Of a DNA stretch of 64,000 nt, positions 1 to 16,707 are shown piece after piece. The DNA lies in the NCBI GenBank assembly GCA_964016885.1, contig OZ024746.1:54684001-54748000 (forward strand), read 5' to 3'. The DNA comes from Eledone cirrhosa. Taxonomy: Eukaryota. Positions within the stretch are counted from its first letter, which is position 1. Each line of letters begins with the position of its first letter. Both the position numbers and the translations under genes were made by a program. The notes below the pieces were generated by a model. It had not been told where the DNA came from and made no database searches. It was given only the letters and a program-made list of their open reading frames with translations.

Positions 1-1302
<1,302 letters not shown>

Positions 1303-1307
1303 GTAGA

Positions 1308-1813
1308 GAGATAATTTAATATATCTACTAACATAAGCGCACAGATGTACGCTAATGCCAGCAAATACACAGGTTATGTCATAGTACCTAGGTGGTTCAA
1401 TGCAGGAGGATGCAGAACAATAATATAACAGACGTAAAATAAGAAAATTAAAAAAAAATTTTTTTTTTTAAATTTTAACTTACTTAAATTAGCCTCTGTG
1501 TCACGTGATTGATTCTTTAGAATCGGCCATCTGACCAGAGGCAGCGAGGATTTTAGTGCATGGAAAAATCAGACCCCGCTAGCTGTTCCATCTACTGAAT
1601 TATTATTATTTTTATATGAGTCCCCGGTGTCCGCGCATTGCATGGAGACTTAGCTGAGAATAGACTCCCTGATGACGCAATGAATTCTCGACAGTTAGAT
1701 TACGTAACTGTCTTTATCCCATTCACAAACTAATTAGTTGGAGTGAAAATTTAAGTAAGTAAGTTAAAATTTTTTGTAAAAGTTTTTTTTTTAATTTTCT
1801 TATTTTACGTCTG

Positions 1814-1817
<4 letters not shown>
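1308..1817. mobile_element. TA-inserted PLE-like fragment (family D) with inverted segment and decayed HHR at 1664-1744
   Basis: ~1424-1490 is inverted at ~1749-1817; same family at 44542-44788; actcc-CTGATGA...attcac-AAA-ctaattag-TT-ggagt (G12 missing). Confidence 0.65.
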
Positions 1818-3075
<1,258 letters not shown>

Positions 3076-3079
<4 letters not shown>

Positions 3080-3161
3080 TAAAATAAGAGATTAAAGTTT
3101 AAGCAAAAATCGGTGCTTTCACCCTTAACGGTATCTTCTGAAACTAACAAAGTCAATCTGT
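3076..3161 (-). mobile_element. Terminal fragment of family E between TA tracts
   Basis: near-identical to 42571-42658 and to the reverse complement of ~43467-43554. Confidence 0.7.
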
Positions 3162-5428
3162 TATATATATATCTATATACATTATACATCCGCACACACA
3201 TACATGATGTACACATACCATACATTCAGGCAGATATAATTTATAGTTGACCATAAACGGATTAACAGGAAATCCCTTGCCGGATCATGGATTGCGGAAC
3301 TTAGTCTAATTTCGTAATCTGTTATTATAAGATTAAATACAAAGAAACGATCATGATATAATGCTCAAGAAACGCACTATAATTGCTTATAATCATATAC
3401 CGATCTATCGATTGTCGATTAATCAAATTACCTAAAACGAATCGTTAGCAATATCTTCTTTATATTTCGGTAAATTTAATTACTGTTAAAATCGGAATTC
3501 CACGTGGGAGGAGAGTTAATGTGGTCATTTGTTGAGCTAGAAATAGCAGCCAGATTTCACAAGATCACACACAATAGTGTATAATGAAAAGATGAATGAA
3601 TACTTTTACACTTTAACTAGATTCAGTCATTTGTCATTGATATAGTCATCAGTCATTGATATAGTCAATCGTTTTCAACCCTGCTAATTAATATGGTAAT
3701 TCGATTAGCTAGGAATAGCAGCCACATTTCACCAGATCACATACAACAATACTATCTAATGAAAAGAGGAATGAATACATTTACTCTTTTATTGGATTCA
3801 GACATTTGTCTCCGACCATGCTGTGGTTCAGCCTTGATGTAGTCGATAGTATTGTCCAGAAGACTTGTTTTTTAAACACGACTTTTCGAGCTACCGATAA
3901 CAGACACAATAAAAAACGGAAACAAATATACGGATATACTCTGACACATATACATACGCACACACAAAGACACAAAGACAAACACACACACACACATACA
4001 AACAGACATGCATACATGCATACGTACATACATACATACACGTATACATGATGATGGCTTCCCCCTCGTTATCGAGTATGGCCATGCACGATATAACATT
4101 ATTAATAATTATCAATTAATGCTATCGTACAATGCCTGTGCGTGAAATCTTTTTAAAGTGAGGAAAGACTGTACACTGACCAAACCCCACTCTCTGAGCG
4201 ACAGTAGCTATAACAGGAAAAGGAGAAAAGATCAATATCATCGGTAACTACCGAGCCGCAGGTTTAATGTCGGAGTTATCCCAGTTTCCTGATATTGCCT
4301 TCTCCTAGAAGAATTCCCTGACAAATGCTAGGGGACTTTCACTCCCAGTGATTTAACCGCGCGATCGGGTGTCCAACCCGACTATTTCTATGTCCCCGCG
4401 CATATACATACACATGCACCCATGTATATACACATATACATACATATGTACCTGTGTATATATACAAACTAAACTTGGTGAGGTTGCCGGTTTAGTCGCC
4501 GATGACCCAACCATGCGACAGGTTGTACTTGGTTACATGTTACCAGTAGCACTCAAGAGTGACCCGACATACATACAAACATACATACATACAATCATAG
4601 ATGTATATATGCAATGTTTATACTGCGATATGCTCCGGGCGCGTATTTTGATGTTGCTCTTTCAGAGCCTTGTTGATGTATGGATCTTAATAAAATACTC
4701 TCTAGCTAGATCCATTTGAGGCGTATCCAATTCAATCTTTGTTTGAATATACATAATGTATGACAGTATCTCATCCCTTCCCACCACCGAATTAATGATT
4801 AGTGGGGTGTTTGACATTTTATAAGTATTTAAAATGTATTATTTGATGTCTCTCCGATGGGTTATGGTGTGGTTTATTAACATCAGGTTTAAGAAACGGC
4901 CACACGTTCTTGTACCAGGACAGAATTATAAGTTCCCTTTCACTATGATGGATCATATGTCCGTCAGAGTTTGATTAATCAAATAGCCCAAACGCAAGAA
5001 TAGAAAGAGGTAGTGACATAAACCATGCCTGTGGTGGGAGTTGATGTTGCTCAAAACAGTGCAATACAAACAACGGCAAATATAGTAACAGCAGTGATAA
5101 TGACAAATACAACTATACCAATAGACGGAGCATGAATAAGCATGAAAATCATGAGGAGAAAATATTTATTCGATCGTATTTTAGATCAAGCATCTCCCGT
5201 GTTCCCAAATGTTATTTTATAGAGACAATAACATAAAAAAAGGGATATAAATGTAATTAAATTTGAATAGGTATGGATATAATTATAACATGAATGAACA
5301 TAAAATAATGAACCAGAGAAAACTGAATAAATAAAAAAGAATATATGTGAATATATACATGCGGGAATTTAAAATAACGAGAGCGAGAAATAAATAAAAG
5401 AATGTGTTATACTATCAGTTGTAAATTA

Positions 5429-5752
5429 GCATTCCATCGGTTATGACGACGAGTGATCCAGTTGATCCGATCAATGGAATGGCCAGCTCGTGAAATTTAC
5501 GTGCAAATGGCTGAGCATTCCATTGACCCACCTACACTTAACGTAGTACTCAGGGAGATTCATTGCTACTCAGAATGTGACAAGACTGGTCCTGCGAATT
5601 ACAGGTACAACTCATTTTTGCCAGTTGAGTGGACTGGAACAACGTGAAATACAGTGTCTTGCTCAAAGACTCAACGTACCGCCGGGATTCGAACTCATGA
5701 CCTTAGGATTGTGAGCTGAATACCCTAAACACAAAGCCACTCGCCTTCACAC
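5429..5752 (-). mobile_element. tRNA-derived SINE (CORE-like body, standard tail)
   Basis: minus strand A-box-like tggctttgtgttt and B-box gagttcgaatccc followed by gtctttgagcaagacact; related copy 62125-62345. Confidence 0.75.
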
Positions 5753-5847
5753 TATCGGTAGTAAGAGTCTAGATTATATTAGGGTGTAAGTGTTAAGTCT
5801 TGTATGATTCAATATTTAAGGGTACACGGTTATTTATAACTATGTAG

Positions 5848-6775
5848 CCTGGCACAAGGCCAGCAATTATGTCAGTGCATGACTGGTACCTTATTTCATC
5901 GAGCCCCGTAAGGATGAAAGGCAAAGTTAACCTTGGCAGGATTTGAAACCAGACCATAACTCTAAAGGCCTCTAAAGAGCCATAACTATATGCTGAAAAG
6001 CATAGCGTCCGGCCCTCTACCGATACTGCGAATCCACCTTGTTGTATAGGGTAATAATTGTTTCTACTTTTTGGCACAAGGCCATCAATTACTCAGTACA
6101 TTACTGGTACTTTATTTTATCGACCCGTAAGGATGAAAGGCAAAGTTAACCTCAGCGGGATTTGAACTCAGATCGCAAAGGGACGTAACTATGCTGGAAA
6201 GCATGGCGTCGACCCTCTACTGATACTGCCAAAGGGTAATAATGGTTTCTGATGTAGGCACAGGGCCAGCAAATTTTGGGCAAATGAAAAGTCGATTAAA
6301 TCGACCCGAGTGTGTTACTGGTACTTTATTTTATCGACCCCGTAATGATGAAAGGCAAAGCTAACCTCGGTGGGATTTGAACGCATAATGTAAAGGGCCG
6401 TAATTCGCTGCTACAAAGCCTGTTGTCCGGCGCTTAACCGATACTACCAATCCACCGCCCTTGTATAGGGTAATGATGATGATGACTCTTAATATGTAAT
6501 CTACTTTTTAAGTCACAGCTGATATATATCTTACATATCCGACTCTATGTAGGGAAATTAAAAAATCGTCTGATTTATTAATCAATATAATTGTTTCTAC
6601 TTTTGGTACAGGACCAGCAATTATCCCAGTGCATTACTGGTCCTTTATTTTATCAAACCCTTAAAGATGAAAGGCAAATTCATTCTCGGTGCTATTTGAA
6701 CTCAGACTATAAAGGGCCGTAACTCTATGCCGCAAACAGCGTCCGACCCTCAACCGATACTGCCAACCCACCACC
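5848..6775 (-). mobile_element. Array of four SINE-A copies
   Basis: repeated ggcacaaggccagc..actggtactttattttatcgacccc..ggatgaaaggcaaagttaacctcggcgggatttgaactc; B-box gagttcaaatcc on minus strand. Confidence 0.9.
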
Positions 6776-7461
6776 CCTGTTAATTAATATAATACGACTT
6801 TATCAATACGAGAGATGCACTCAAAGAGCTAGTGCAACTTGCAATTCCCTTTCTTACAGATGGCTATCGTCATACTATTCACTAAAAGTAGGATGGTGGA
6901 TGTAGAACTAGGATACCATATTTCCAGTGCGTTGGTTTCAAGGATTAACCTATTGGAGAGTATTCTCAAAGGGCTTTGAATATTGATCACTTAAGAGAGC
7001 CTTATTGATTGTTTTCACCATTTTAATAACCAAGTACCGGAAGCCGTCGCTGGTTTTACGATACAAAATTGTTGTTTAAAGAAGTTTTCTATAAAAATGT
7101 TCACATTAAATATTCTAAGAACCTTTATTAATTTATATTCCAATGGGTTGTCTTATTAGAAAAATGGAAAGATCACTTTCATTTGCATTTTATTGCTTAT
7201 ATTCTGCAAACATTTACATTAAACTGATCATATTGCAGATATCGTCCATATTTAGTTTTTAAAGAGTTATCATCATACAGGGAGTTCTTCCCTACCAATT
7301 GCAAGGATGATCCACGCTTTTCAGTTAACTATATATAACATATACGAGATGTTGAGAAAAGTGTGAATGAAGAGGGAATAGAGGGAAAGGGATTAGGGAA
7401 AGAAAGGAAAAAAAGAGAATAGAGAGAGCAAGAGAAGAGGAAATGGGGACACATTTTATAC

Positions 7462-7591
<130 letters not shown>

Positions 7592-7647
7592 TTGTGTGTG
7601 TGTATGCCTGGTAAAATGCATCTATGTATGTGTGTTTATGTATGTAC

Positions 7648-7684
<37 letters not shown>

Positions 7685-7851
7685 GTGACGAAACATAAGT
7701 CAATTGCATGAACTCTTAATCCTTTATTTACTGCTATATATATTTCGATGATAGCCATTGAATGGCTATGACCTCATCAGGCAGTTAGTCAGTTCTTAGA
7801 TATGCCAGCTCTGTGTTTATAGTGTTGATGGTATCAGAGCCTATATACATA
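7685..7851 (-). mobile_element. TA-inserted family J element carrying an HHR
   Basis: reverse complement of 32088-32246; flanked by TA on both sides. Confidence 0.8.
7730..7785 (-). ncRNA. Type I hammerhead ribozyme, intact core
   Basis: minus: actgc-CTGATGA-ggtcatagccatt.c.aatggctatcatc-GAAA-tatata-TA-gcagt. Confidence 0.85.
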
Positions 7852-7870
7852 TATATATCCTATATATTTA

Positions 7871-8043
7871 TAGGAAAACGTATGACCCGACGGCAGAGCT
7901 AAAACCGTTTCGACGGCTATAGCCGAAACGGCTTGAACTCTGCCGTCGGAGTCATACTTTTTCCTATTACCCACGGTACTACCCTAAGTATTGAGTACTC
8001 TGGTGCGTTTTGGTACATCTGGTTCCTTATCTCATTTCCTTCG

Positions 8044-8045
<2 letters not shown>
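7871..8045. mobile_element. Family B 3' ends in head-to-head arrangement
   Basis: 7871-7920 inverted versus 7920-7967; same family at 20020, 22320, 31647, 39856. Confidence 0.75.
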
Positions 8046-8085
<40 letters not shown>

Positions 8086-8460
8086 TTAATAAAAACAATG
8101 AATAAAAACAAAGAACGAGTTCTTTATATTAACAAATTCATCATTTTACGATCCTTTCTAGGATATATGTGTTGGTATGTATATCATATCTATGTAAAAA
8201 TATTACAAACATCAGAGGAAATATACATACCTTCACATAAATATGCCGTCTTCATATATATGTGAAGGTATGTATATTTCCTCTGATGTTTGTAATATTT
8301 TTACATAGATCTATATGATATACATACCAACACACATATATATCCTAGAAACGATCGTAAAATGATGAATTTTTTAATACAAAGAACTCGTTCTTTGTTT
8401 TTATTCATTGTTTTTATTAATATATCTTAACTCTGTTTTCCTATGATTTTCATCGAAAAA
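8086..8460. mobile_element. Family C head-to-head inverted duplication
   Basis: arms ~8087-8240 and ~8259-8420; family also at 42170-42355 and 45095-45455. Confidence 0.8.
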
Positions 8461-8657
8461 TTTTGAATGCATTTTCTCTTTTCATGATATTGGGATTACA
8501 TTGAATTCTTCATACGGATTGGACACTACGGTATATTTTGGTAGATTTATCTACATACTTTGCTCCTAATTTTATACAGGTATTCATATTTTAATATATA
8601 TTTTATATATATATATATAGATAGATAGATAGATGTGTGTGTGTGTGTGTGTGTGTA

Positions 8658-8690
<33 letters not shown>

Positions 8691-8747
8691 CTGGTAAAAT
8701 GCATCAATGTATGTATGTGTGTTTTGTATGTACGGATGTATTTATGA

Positions 8748-8796
<49 letters not shown>

Positions 8797-9375
8797 TATA
8801 GCAGTGCTGATAGATAATGCACATTACCACAGGGGGTACAAGTTTCAGGCTGCATATATATATATATATATGTATGTGGGTGTATGTGTGTGTGTGTGTA
8901 TACATGCACATTGTGGAAAGAAGAGATGATTCGAGAGTGGGTTAGGTAGTTACGAAATGAGAAAGCAAACTAGAGAGAAAAAGAGAAAAAGCACGAGAAA
9001 CGAATGACGGAAAGACACACATAAAATAATAATAAATAAATAAAAGCTAGGGATGGTGACGAAACTAATAGCAGAGCTCCATGTGTTTTCTCCCTCACTC
9101 CCTTGCCTTCTTCGGCAATTATGAAATGAGAATAGCAATAAATAGAGAAATAAATAAAGAAAGGAAACGCCGCAGTTAAAATGGCGTTACTACGGCTTCC
9201 CCTCATTAGCGACATCAGATTGTGCCTTAATTAAAGTCCCTATTCAAACGTAGCCATTTGTAATATTCATTCATAAAATTGTATTTGATGTCGCTGGATT
9301 TGCGAACGAACGGAAACAGCAGAATCATTCATTATAAACTAGTTTCATTAAATATATACTGTAACATGTAATGGC

Positions 9376-9442
<67 letters not shown>

Positions 9443-9445
9443 TTA

Positions 9446-9484
<39 letters not shown>

Positions 9485-9519
9485 GTATGCATGTATATAT
9501 GTATACATATATATATATG

Positions 9520-9552
<33 letters not shown>

Positions 9553-9663
9553 GTATACATATATATGTATGTATATATGTATACATATATATATGTATAC
9601 ATATGTATATATATATGTATACATATACACACATATATATATATATATATATTATAAATATAT

Positions 9664-9738
<75 letters not shown>

Positions 9739-9748
9739 GTATGTATGT

Positions 9749-9814
<66 letters not shown>

Positions 9815-10107
9815 GTTTGTGGTGTTACACTCACTCTCCCATCTATCTAACTAGCTATCTACTTAACTATCTGACCAAACTATATGTGTCTATCTGAAAT
9901 ATAAAGACTTGTACAGACAAACGAATGGCAAAAAAGGGAGATGATTATGGAAGGACGGTATAACAATAATGACAACAATATAGGGTGATTACGCTAATAA
10001 ATAAAGCACCATTCTATAATCCTATCTCTCCCTCTACTCCTTTCTTTCTTGGTTTCGATCTCACTGATCTAATACACATATACGCACACGTACGCACGGA
10101 TTAGAGT

Positions 10108-10145
<38 letters not shown>

Positions 10146-10151
10146 CCACAC

Positions 10152-10220
<69 letters not shown>

Positions 10221-12942
10221 ATAGCCAATGACCTGACATTAGTTGGGCTCTATAGGCCGCCACAAACACCCATAATCTGTTTCAAAGAATGCTTCAACAG
10301 TATTAAATGCTTTATTAAACAGTGCCATTCTAACAACATACTTTTGATGGGAGACTTTAATCTGCCCTGTGTCGATTGGTCTACATGTAATTTGAAACCA
10401 GGCTCCACAGCCTCAAACACTGACAAAGAGGTTGTCGAGTCACTTCTTGACTTCATGAATGAGATTTTCTTGTCCCAACTTGTCCTTGCACCAACGAGGG
10501 ATCAGAAGAACATTCTGGATCTAGTGTTTAGTAACCACACTAACTCTATACATAATATTACAGTGAAAAAAAACCCTTCTCTCAGACATGATTCTTTGTA
10601 ACCTGAGATTTCACCAGCCGAAAGCTAATCCCAGGGTCCTCTCTCCAGCCCACCCATTTGATAACATGGATCACTACAATGCCAACTGGCATGCAATTAT
10701 AAAACGAACTATCGCATGTCGACTGGTCTTTTACACACGCACACACTTCTACCAACATCAAAACATCTTGGCAGATCTTTGTAGACACTGTAACGAATAT
10801 ATGAACAAAACAGACCCCACCAAAACCTGTGAACAAAACCAAGTGCAGTATCCGCCAAAACAGAAAAACAATTATCAGAAAAATAAAAAGAACAAACAAA
10901 AAAATTAACACACTAAAATACTGCCAACAGCAACACACACATTCAATGTCTATCACCCTGCTTGAGTCATAAAAATATAACCTCCAGCAATGCATGATGA
11001 CCATAATCAATAACCAGAGAATAGCTGAAGAGAGGTGGGTCATTGTGAAAATCAAACTCAACCCCAAAGTGTTCTTCTCATTCGCTAAAAAACACAAGGT
11101 CACCGTCTCCATTGTTGGCCCCCTAGTTGATGAAAATGGCACACTCCAGGACAATGCCAACACCATGGGCGGGATACTGCAGAAACAATACTGCTCTGTT
11201 TTCAGCAACCCTGATATGGCCGATCTGGGCCGTATCAGTGATATTAACTCCCAACACACTATATCAGACATAACGTTTGGCGCCCCTGATGTCTTAGCGG
11301 CAATAAACGAATTTAAACACAATTCAGCAGTAGGACCCGACAGATTCCCTGCTTGTGTCCTGAAGGTGTGTCGACACCAACTTGCAACTCCTCTTGCTAA
11401 TCTGTGGAGGAACTCACTGGACACTGGCTATATTCCTGAAAACTTTCTGTCCCAGTTCGTTGTCCCAGTCTTCAAAAAGGAAAATAAGTCCCTTGCAGTG
11501 AACTACCGTCCGATCTCAATCACCTCTCATATTATCAAGGTATTTGAGAGGGTGGTGAGATCACGTACAACCCACTTTCTTGAAAGCAACGGCCTGCTGA
11601 CCTCCAACCAACATGGGTTCCGTAATGGAAGGGACTGCCTAACGCAGCTCCTGCATCACTTTGACGATGTGTTGAGAGCCTTGGGAGAGGGCTCCAACAC
11701 TGATGTCATCTACCTTGATTTCAGCAAAGCCTTCGACAAGGTTGATCATAAGATTCTACTAAAAAAACTATCCAATGTTGGTGTCTCTGGGGGTTTACTA
11801 CAGTGGATCAAATGTTTCCTGACAGACAGAACCCAGCATGTTGTAGTCGAAGGAGTAATATCAAGCCCTGCCAAAGACAGCAGTGGCGTCCCACAATGCA
11901 CTGTGTTGGGCCCACTTCTTTTCATCCTCTACATTACTGACATCATCAAACACAGTAACATCAGAAACTTCGCAAATGATTCCAAGCTCCAAAGGGTCAT
12001 CAATGAGGTGGGTGACCGGACTTGCTTTCAGTAAGACCTACTGGCTGTTATCCAATGGGCAGAGATGAATAATATGCTGTTGAATGAGGATGAATTTGAA
12101 CTAATCCAATTTGGAAAAAACGATGCCCTGAAACTACCATACTCTCTTCCTTCGAGTGAAACTCTAGTGGCTTCCAATAACATCAGAGACCAGGGAGTAA
12201 TTGTGGACAACAATATAAGCTGGGCCACTCATATAAACAGCAAAGTTGATATGGCCCGCAGAATGTGTTCCTGGATTCTCAGAACTTTCCAGTCGAGAGA
12301 TATCCACACTGTTGTCCTTCTCTTCTCCACTTTTTCCCGACCCCACCTAGAATACTGTTGTCCACTGTGGTCACCCCACACGAAACAAAGTATCATGAAA
12401 GTTGAAGCACCCCAAAGGTCAATTGCAAAAAAGATAGTTGGCATGAGAGGCCTTGACTATTGGGGTCGATTAGAAAAGCTCAAACTTTATTCTCTTCAAC
12501 GTCGCCGTGAGCGCTACATTATCTGTATGATGTGGAAAATATACCATCAGCTTAGCCCAAATGATGTTGGCATCACCTTTAGTGTACACCCCAGGCTTGG
12601 GCCCCGTGCTATCCGCCCACGACAAAAATCCCACTCGCATCACATAACAACAATACGGCACAATTATTTCTCCTCAACTGGCCCTGCACTCTTTAACATT
12701 ACACCAAAACACATCAACGCAGAGACGGACCCCATCAAGTTCAAGAATTTATGGATAAATTCCTTCAAGAAATCCCGGATAAGCCTCCTACACCCGGATA
12801 TGCCTCCGTAAACAATAACTCTCTGCTCGAGTGGGCCATGGTGGCCAAACACTGATTTGTAAGACTTCGCCAGGTGGTGCTATTAAGTTAGACATGGCCT
12901 GGGCCAATACAGGCCGAAACCTATCAAAGTTATCAAAGTTAT
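10221..12942 (+). pseudogene. 5'-truncated CR1-group LINE ORF2 (APE endonuclease + reverse transcriptase), frameshifted
   Basis: EN motifs GLYRPP, MGDFN, PTR..NILDLVF; RT motifs NYRPISITS, QHGFR, YLDFSKAFDKVDH, SGVPQ.TVLGPLLF, decayed FAND for YADD; RPHLEYCCPLWSP; stop at 12032-12034; 3' hairpin ggcctg/caggcc and atcaaagtt tail repeats. Confidence 0.92.
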
Positions 12943-12964
12943 ATAAATATATATATATATACGG

Positions 12965-13037
<73 letters not shown>

Positions 13038-13038
13038 G

Positions 13039-13069
<31 letters not shown>

Positions 13070-13104
13070 CGCATTATATATATATATATATAAAAATATA
13101 TATA

Positions 13105-13140
<36 letters not shown>

Positions 13141-13236
13141 CATATATTATATATATATATACGTATTATATATATATAAATATATACATATATTATATAT
13201 ATATAATCATATATTATATATATATATATATATACG

Positions 13237-13341
<105 letters not shown>

Positions 13342-13493
13342 TATAAATATATATCAAGTAAGTATGTTTTGAAACTGAGAAGGTTTGAAATTAGAAAATA
13401 GAATAGCTTTCACCGTATTTTTACTAAAGGAATTTTAGCCTGAAAATGGGGTTTAGAACCCTCAGATAACTGGAAAAAGATGAGTATTGACGT

Positions 13494-13553
<60 letters not shown>

Positions 13554-13598
13554 CTATATACATGAATATATATATATACATATATTATATATATATAT

Positions 13599-13670
<72 letters not shown>

Positions 13671-13914
13671 ATTATATATATATATATATACATATATTAT
13701 ATATATATATAAATATTTACATATATTATATATATATACACACACATATTATATATATATATTTATATACATATATATATATATACATATATTATATATA
13801 TATACATATATTATATATATATATATACATATATTATATATATATACATCTATTATATATATATACATATATTATATATATATATATACATATATTATAT
13901 AAATATACATATAT

Positions 13915-13955
<41 letters not shown>

Positions 13956-13976
13956 CTTATATATATATATATATAC

Positions 13977-14014
<38 letters not shown>

Positions 14015-14046
14015 TTATATATATATATATACATATATATTATATA

Positions 14047-14237
14047 TCAAGATAAGCAGAACAAGTAAAATTCAACCAATTTTTCAAAATAAATCAAAAT
14101 TAATATACAATTAAAATTAATCAAAATTAAAAAATATAATATAAATATTTACCCCTATTCAAATGGCCCTAACTGTACAGTTTCACGGTGCAAAACATTA
14201 AATATCACCAGGATATTAATGGAAAAGCAACGATCAT
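14047..14237 (-). mobile_element. TA-inserted PLE-like tail with 5'-truncated HHR
   Basis: minus: ATGA-long stem II-GAAA-ctgtacag-TT; truncation falls inside the CTGATGA box. Confidence 0.55.
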
Positions 14238-14683
14238 ATTATATATATATATATATATATATTTATATTTACATATATTATGTATATATATATACATATA
14301 TTATATATATATATTTACATATATTATGTATATATATACATATAATATATATACATAAATATATATAATATATGTATGTATATATATATAAATATATAAT
14401 ATATGTATATATATATATAATATATATTTAACCGGTCTTTTATTAATAAAAAAAACTTGTCAATAAACATTAACCCTTTGTACGCCATTCATCTAACTGT
14501 AGACCAACGAATACCGAGTAAACGGAGCGTTGTTGACAATAACGATAGCGAATGAATCATCGAGATAAGCAGTTTCCTCCCGAGCTGTTAGTTCAAGCGG
14601 GTTTCCCTGCTACACCTTTTCATAATAATAGCGAACAACGTACTGCTCGTCACTCCTTCCTCCAAAAGCCGTACAAAGCGGAC

Positions 14684-15308
14684 CAATCCTAATTTTTTAG
14701 GCAATCGCTCTGTAAAATCAGTTCCTGATTATTACTGGAATTCTATAAGAATCCAGCCTCTATAATTTTCTGCAGAGGCGGCGTGTAACACACTGAGGAT
14801 CACTAACAGTATGAAACAGAATCTGTCAGCTTATCTCCCTTCCTTTGCCGAAAAATGAAGTAAGTGTTATAGTCTCTACTTTAAAATACTAGCCCAAGGT
14901 CTTCAAAATGTTTTTAATTAAACATACGGTATATTGCCAAATATACTATACATACATTCATGTATACTTCGCTATTTCAGAGCAACAATCCTAATTTTTA
15001 ATTTTTGCTGGACAGGCAATCGCTCTGTATAATCAGTTCCTGATTATTACTGGAATTCTATAAGAATCCAGCCTCTATAACTTTCGGAAGAGGCGGAGAA
15101 TACGTTGCTCTGAGGATCACCAACAGCGTGAAACAGAATCTGTCAGCTTCTCTCCCTTCCTTTGCCGAAAAAAGATGTGACATAGTCACTACTTTAAAAT
15201 AATAGCGCAAATTCTTCAAAATGTTTTTAATTAAACATACGGTATACTGCCATATATACTATACATATATTCATGTATATATCGCTATTTCAGAGCACCA
15301 ATCCTAAT
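14684..15308 (+). mobile_element. Tandem ~317-bp units each carrying an HHR motif (14790-14830, 15107-15147)
   Basis: diverged direct repeat; gct-CTGAGGA-short stem II-GAAA-cagaatctg-TC-agc in unit 2; ends in TA. Confidence 0.7.
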
Positions 15309-15329
15309 ATATATATGCAAAAGGCAAAC

Positions 15330-15912
15330 CGAAATAACAAAGCAAACGATCTAGTATAGTGAAAGAAACATCTTATTAGTTTTACGCTTCTATAATGAGA
15401 AAAGAACCATAACGTTTCGGACGCTAGTCCTACATCAGCATATAGGATTGAAATTTAAAGAAGAAATAAAAAAGAATAAGAGGGGCAGTCGCGACAGCCC
15501 CTCCCCTAACCCCCCCCCCCCCAGGTGGTGAGGTTAGAAGTGAAGAGACAGGAGTTGCGGGATGAGACCAAGGGTGAGAGACGGATGGAGTCCTAGGAGA
15601 GGAAGGGAAGGAACTAGGTACCCCTTTGTCGCAGAGATTACCTACGCGCTTAAAGGCGGTGATAGGCGGGGTTCAAAAAAGTGAGAAGTGATGAGGTCAG
15701 AAGGGAGAGTGCGGAAACAAAGGTGGTAAGTGTGTGGGCAGAATGAAAAACTGGAAAACAGAAAGAAAGGAGCCGAACTGTTCAGGGGAGAGGGAGAGAG
15801 GTGGCGAAGATACAATCGTCGATGTAACGACCGTACAGCTCAGGAGCGGACCAGTTGGGCCCATCGTAGCCTACGAAGAAGTTAGCGTACTCAGGGCCCA
15901 TTCTTGTACCCA
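15330..15912 (-). pseudogene. Internally deleted Penelope-like element with RT fragment and relic HHR
   Basis: minus strand from 15913 reads MGTRMGPEYANFFVGY...LYGRYIDDCIF (PLE RT motifs); relic ctgatgt-aggactagcgtcc-GAAAcgtt at ~15408-15441. Confidence 0.75.
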
Positions 15913-16556
15913 TCTATATGTATATATATATGTATGTGTGTGTGTCTGTGTGTGTCTGTGTTTTTGTGTATGTGTATATGTATGTTTGTATGTATGTATG
16001 TATACAAGTGGGTTTGGTCCCGTGCAAAGCCTTTCCCCACTTAAAAAAGCTTCAAGCACAGGCATCGCAAACTATGTGACATTTTCTGCGATGCAGGACA
16101 TTGCTGGCCATAGGCAACATCCTAGAAGGACTAGAATGCCGCGTCCGTAATGCTCATGCTTAAGTATCAAGCGATGGCATTACTCCAAATCGAGTTGTAG
16201 CCATCATGTCATCAAAGTATATGATAACATTTTCTTTTTTCGAAGTGGCATTTATTCAATATTCTTTAGAATTGTTTCAATGCACCACTTTTCAATATTC
16301 TGTTACTTTGGGAGTTCTGTTCTCGCGAGAAATTTATTCCATGTGTTTTCCCCTTTGACACTATATGTCAACTTAAACAGCTCTCATGTTTCACTGCTAT
16401 GCTCTTAACTCCAGAAGAGCTGCATCTAAATGCAGCCCAATTATAGTTGATTATATTGTATTGGATGTAATTATACATATGTTCACATACATGTAGATAC
16501 GTGTGTATACACAAGTGAACAAGTAGATATTTATATATATATATATTGGAGGAGAG

Positions 16557-16595
<39 letters not shown>

Positions 16596-16640
16596 GAGAG
16601 AGAGGGAGAGAAAGAGAGAGAGAGAGAGGGGGGGCGAGAG

Positions 16641-16707
<67 letters not shown>

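Noticed and set aside
4245-4397. Possible HDV-like ribozyme in an RTE-5'UTR-like fragment on the minus strand
   Set aside because: Hairpins and a ggggac/gtcccc stem are present but I could not build the nested double pseudoknot
9160-9300. Possible conserved non-coding element or exon
   Set aside because: Complex-looking unique sequence but no ORF, splice or homology evidence available from the sequence alone
10582-11424. 280-aa minus-strand ORF
   Set aside because: Antisense shadow of the LINE ORF2
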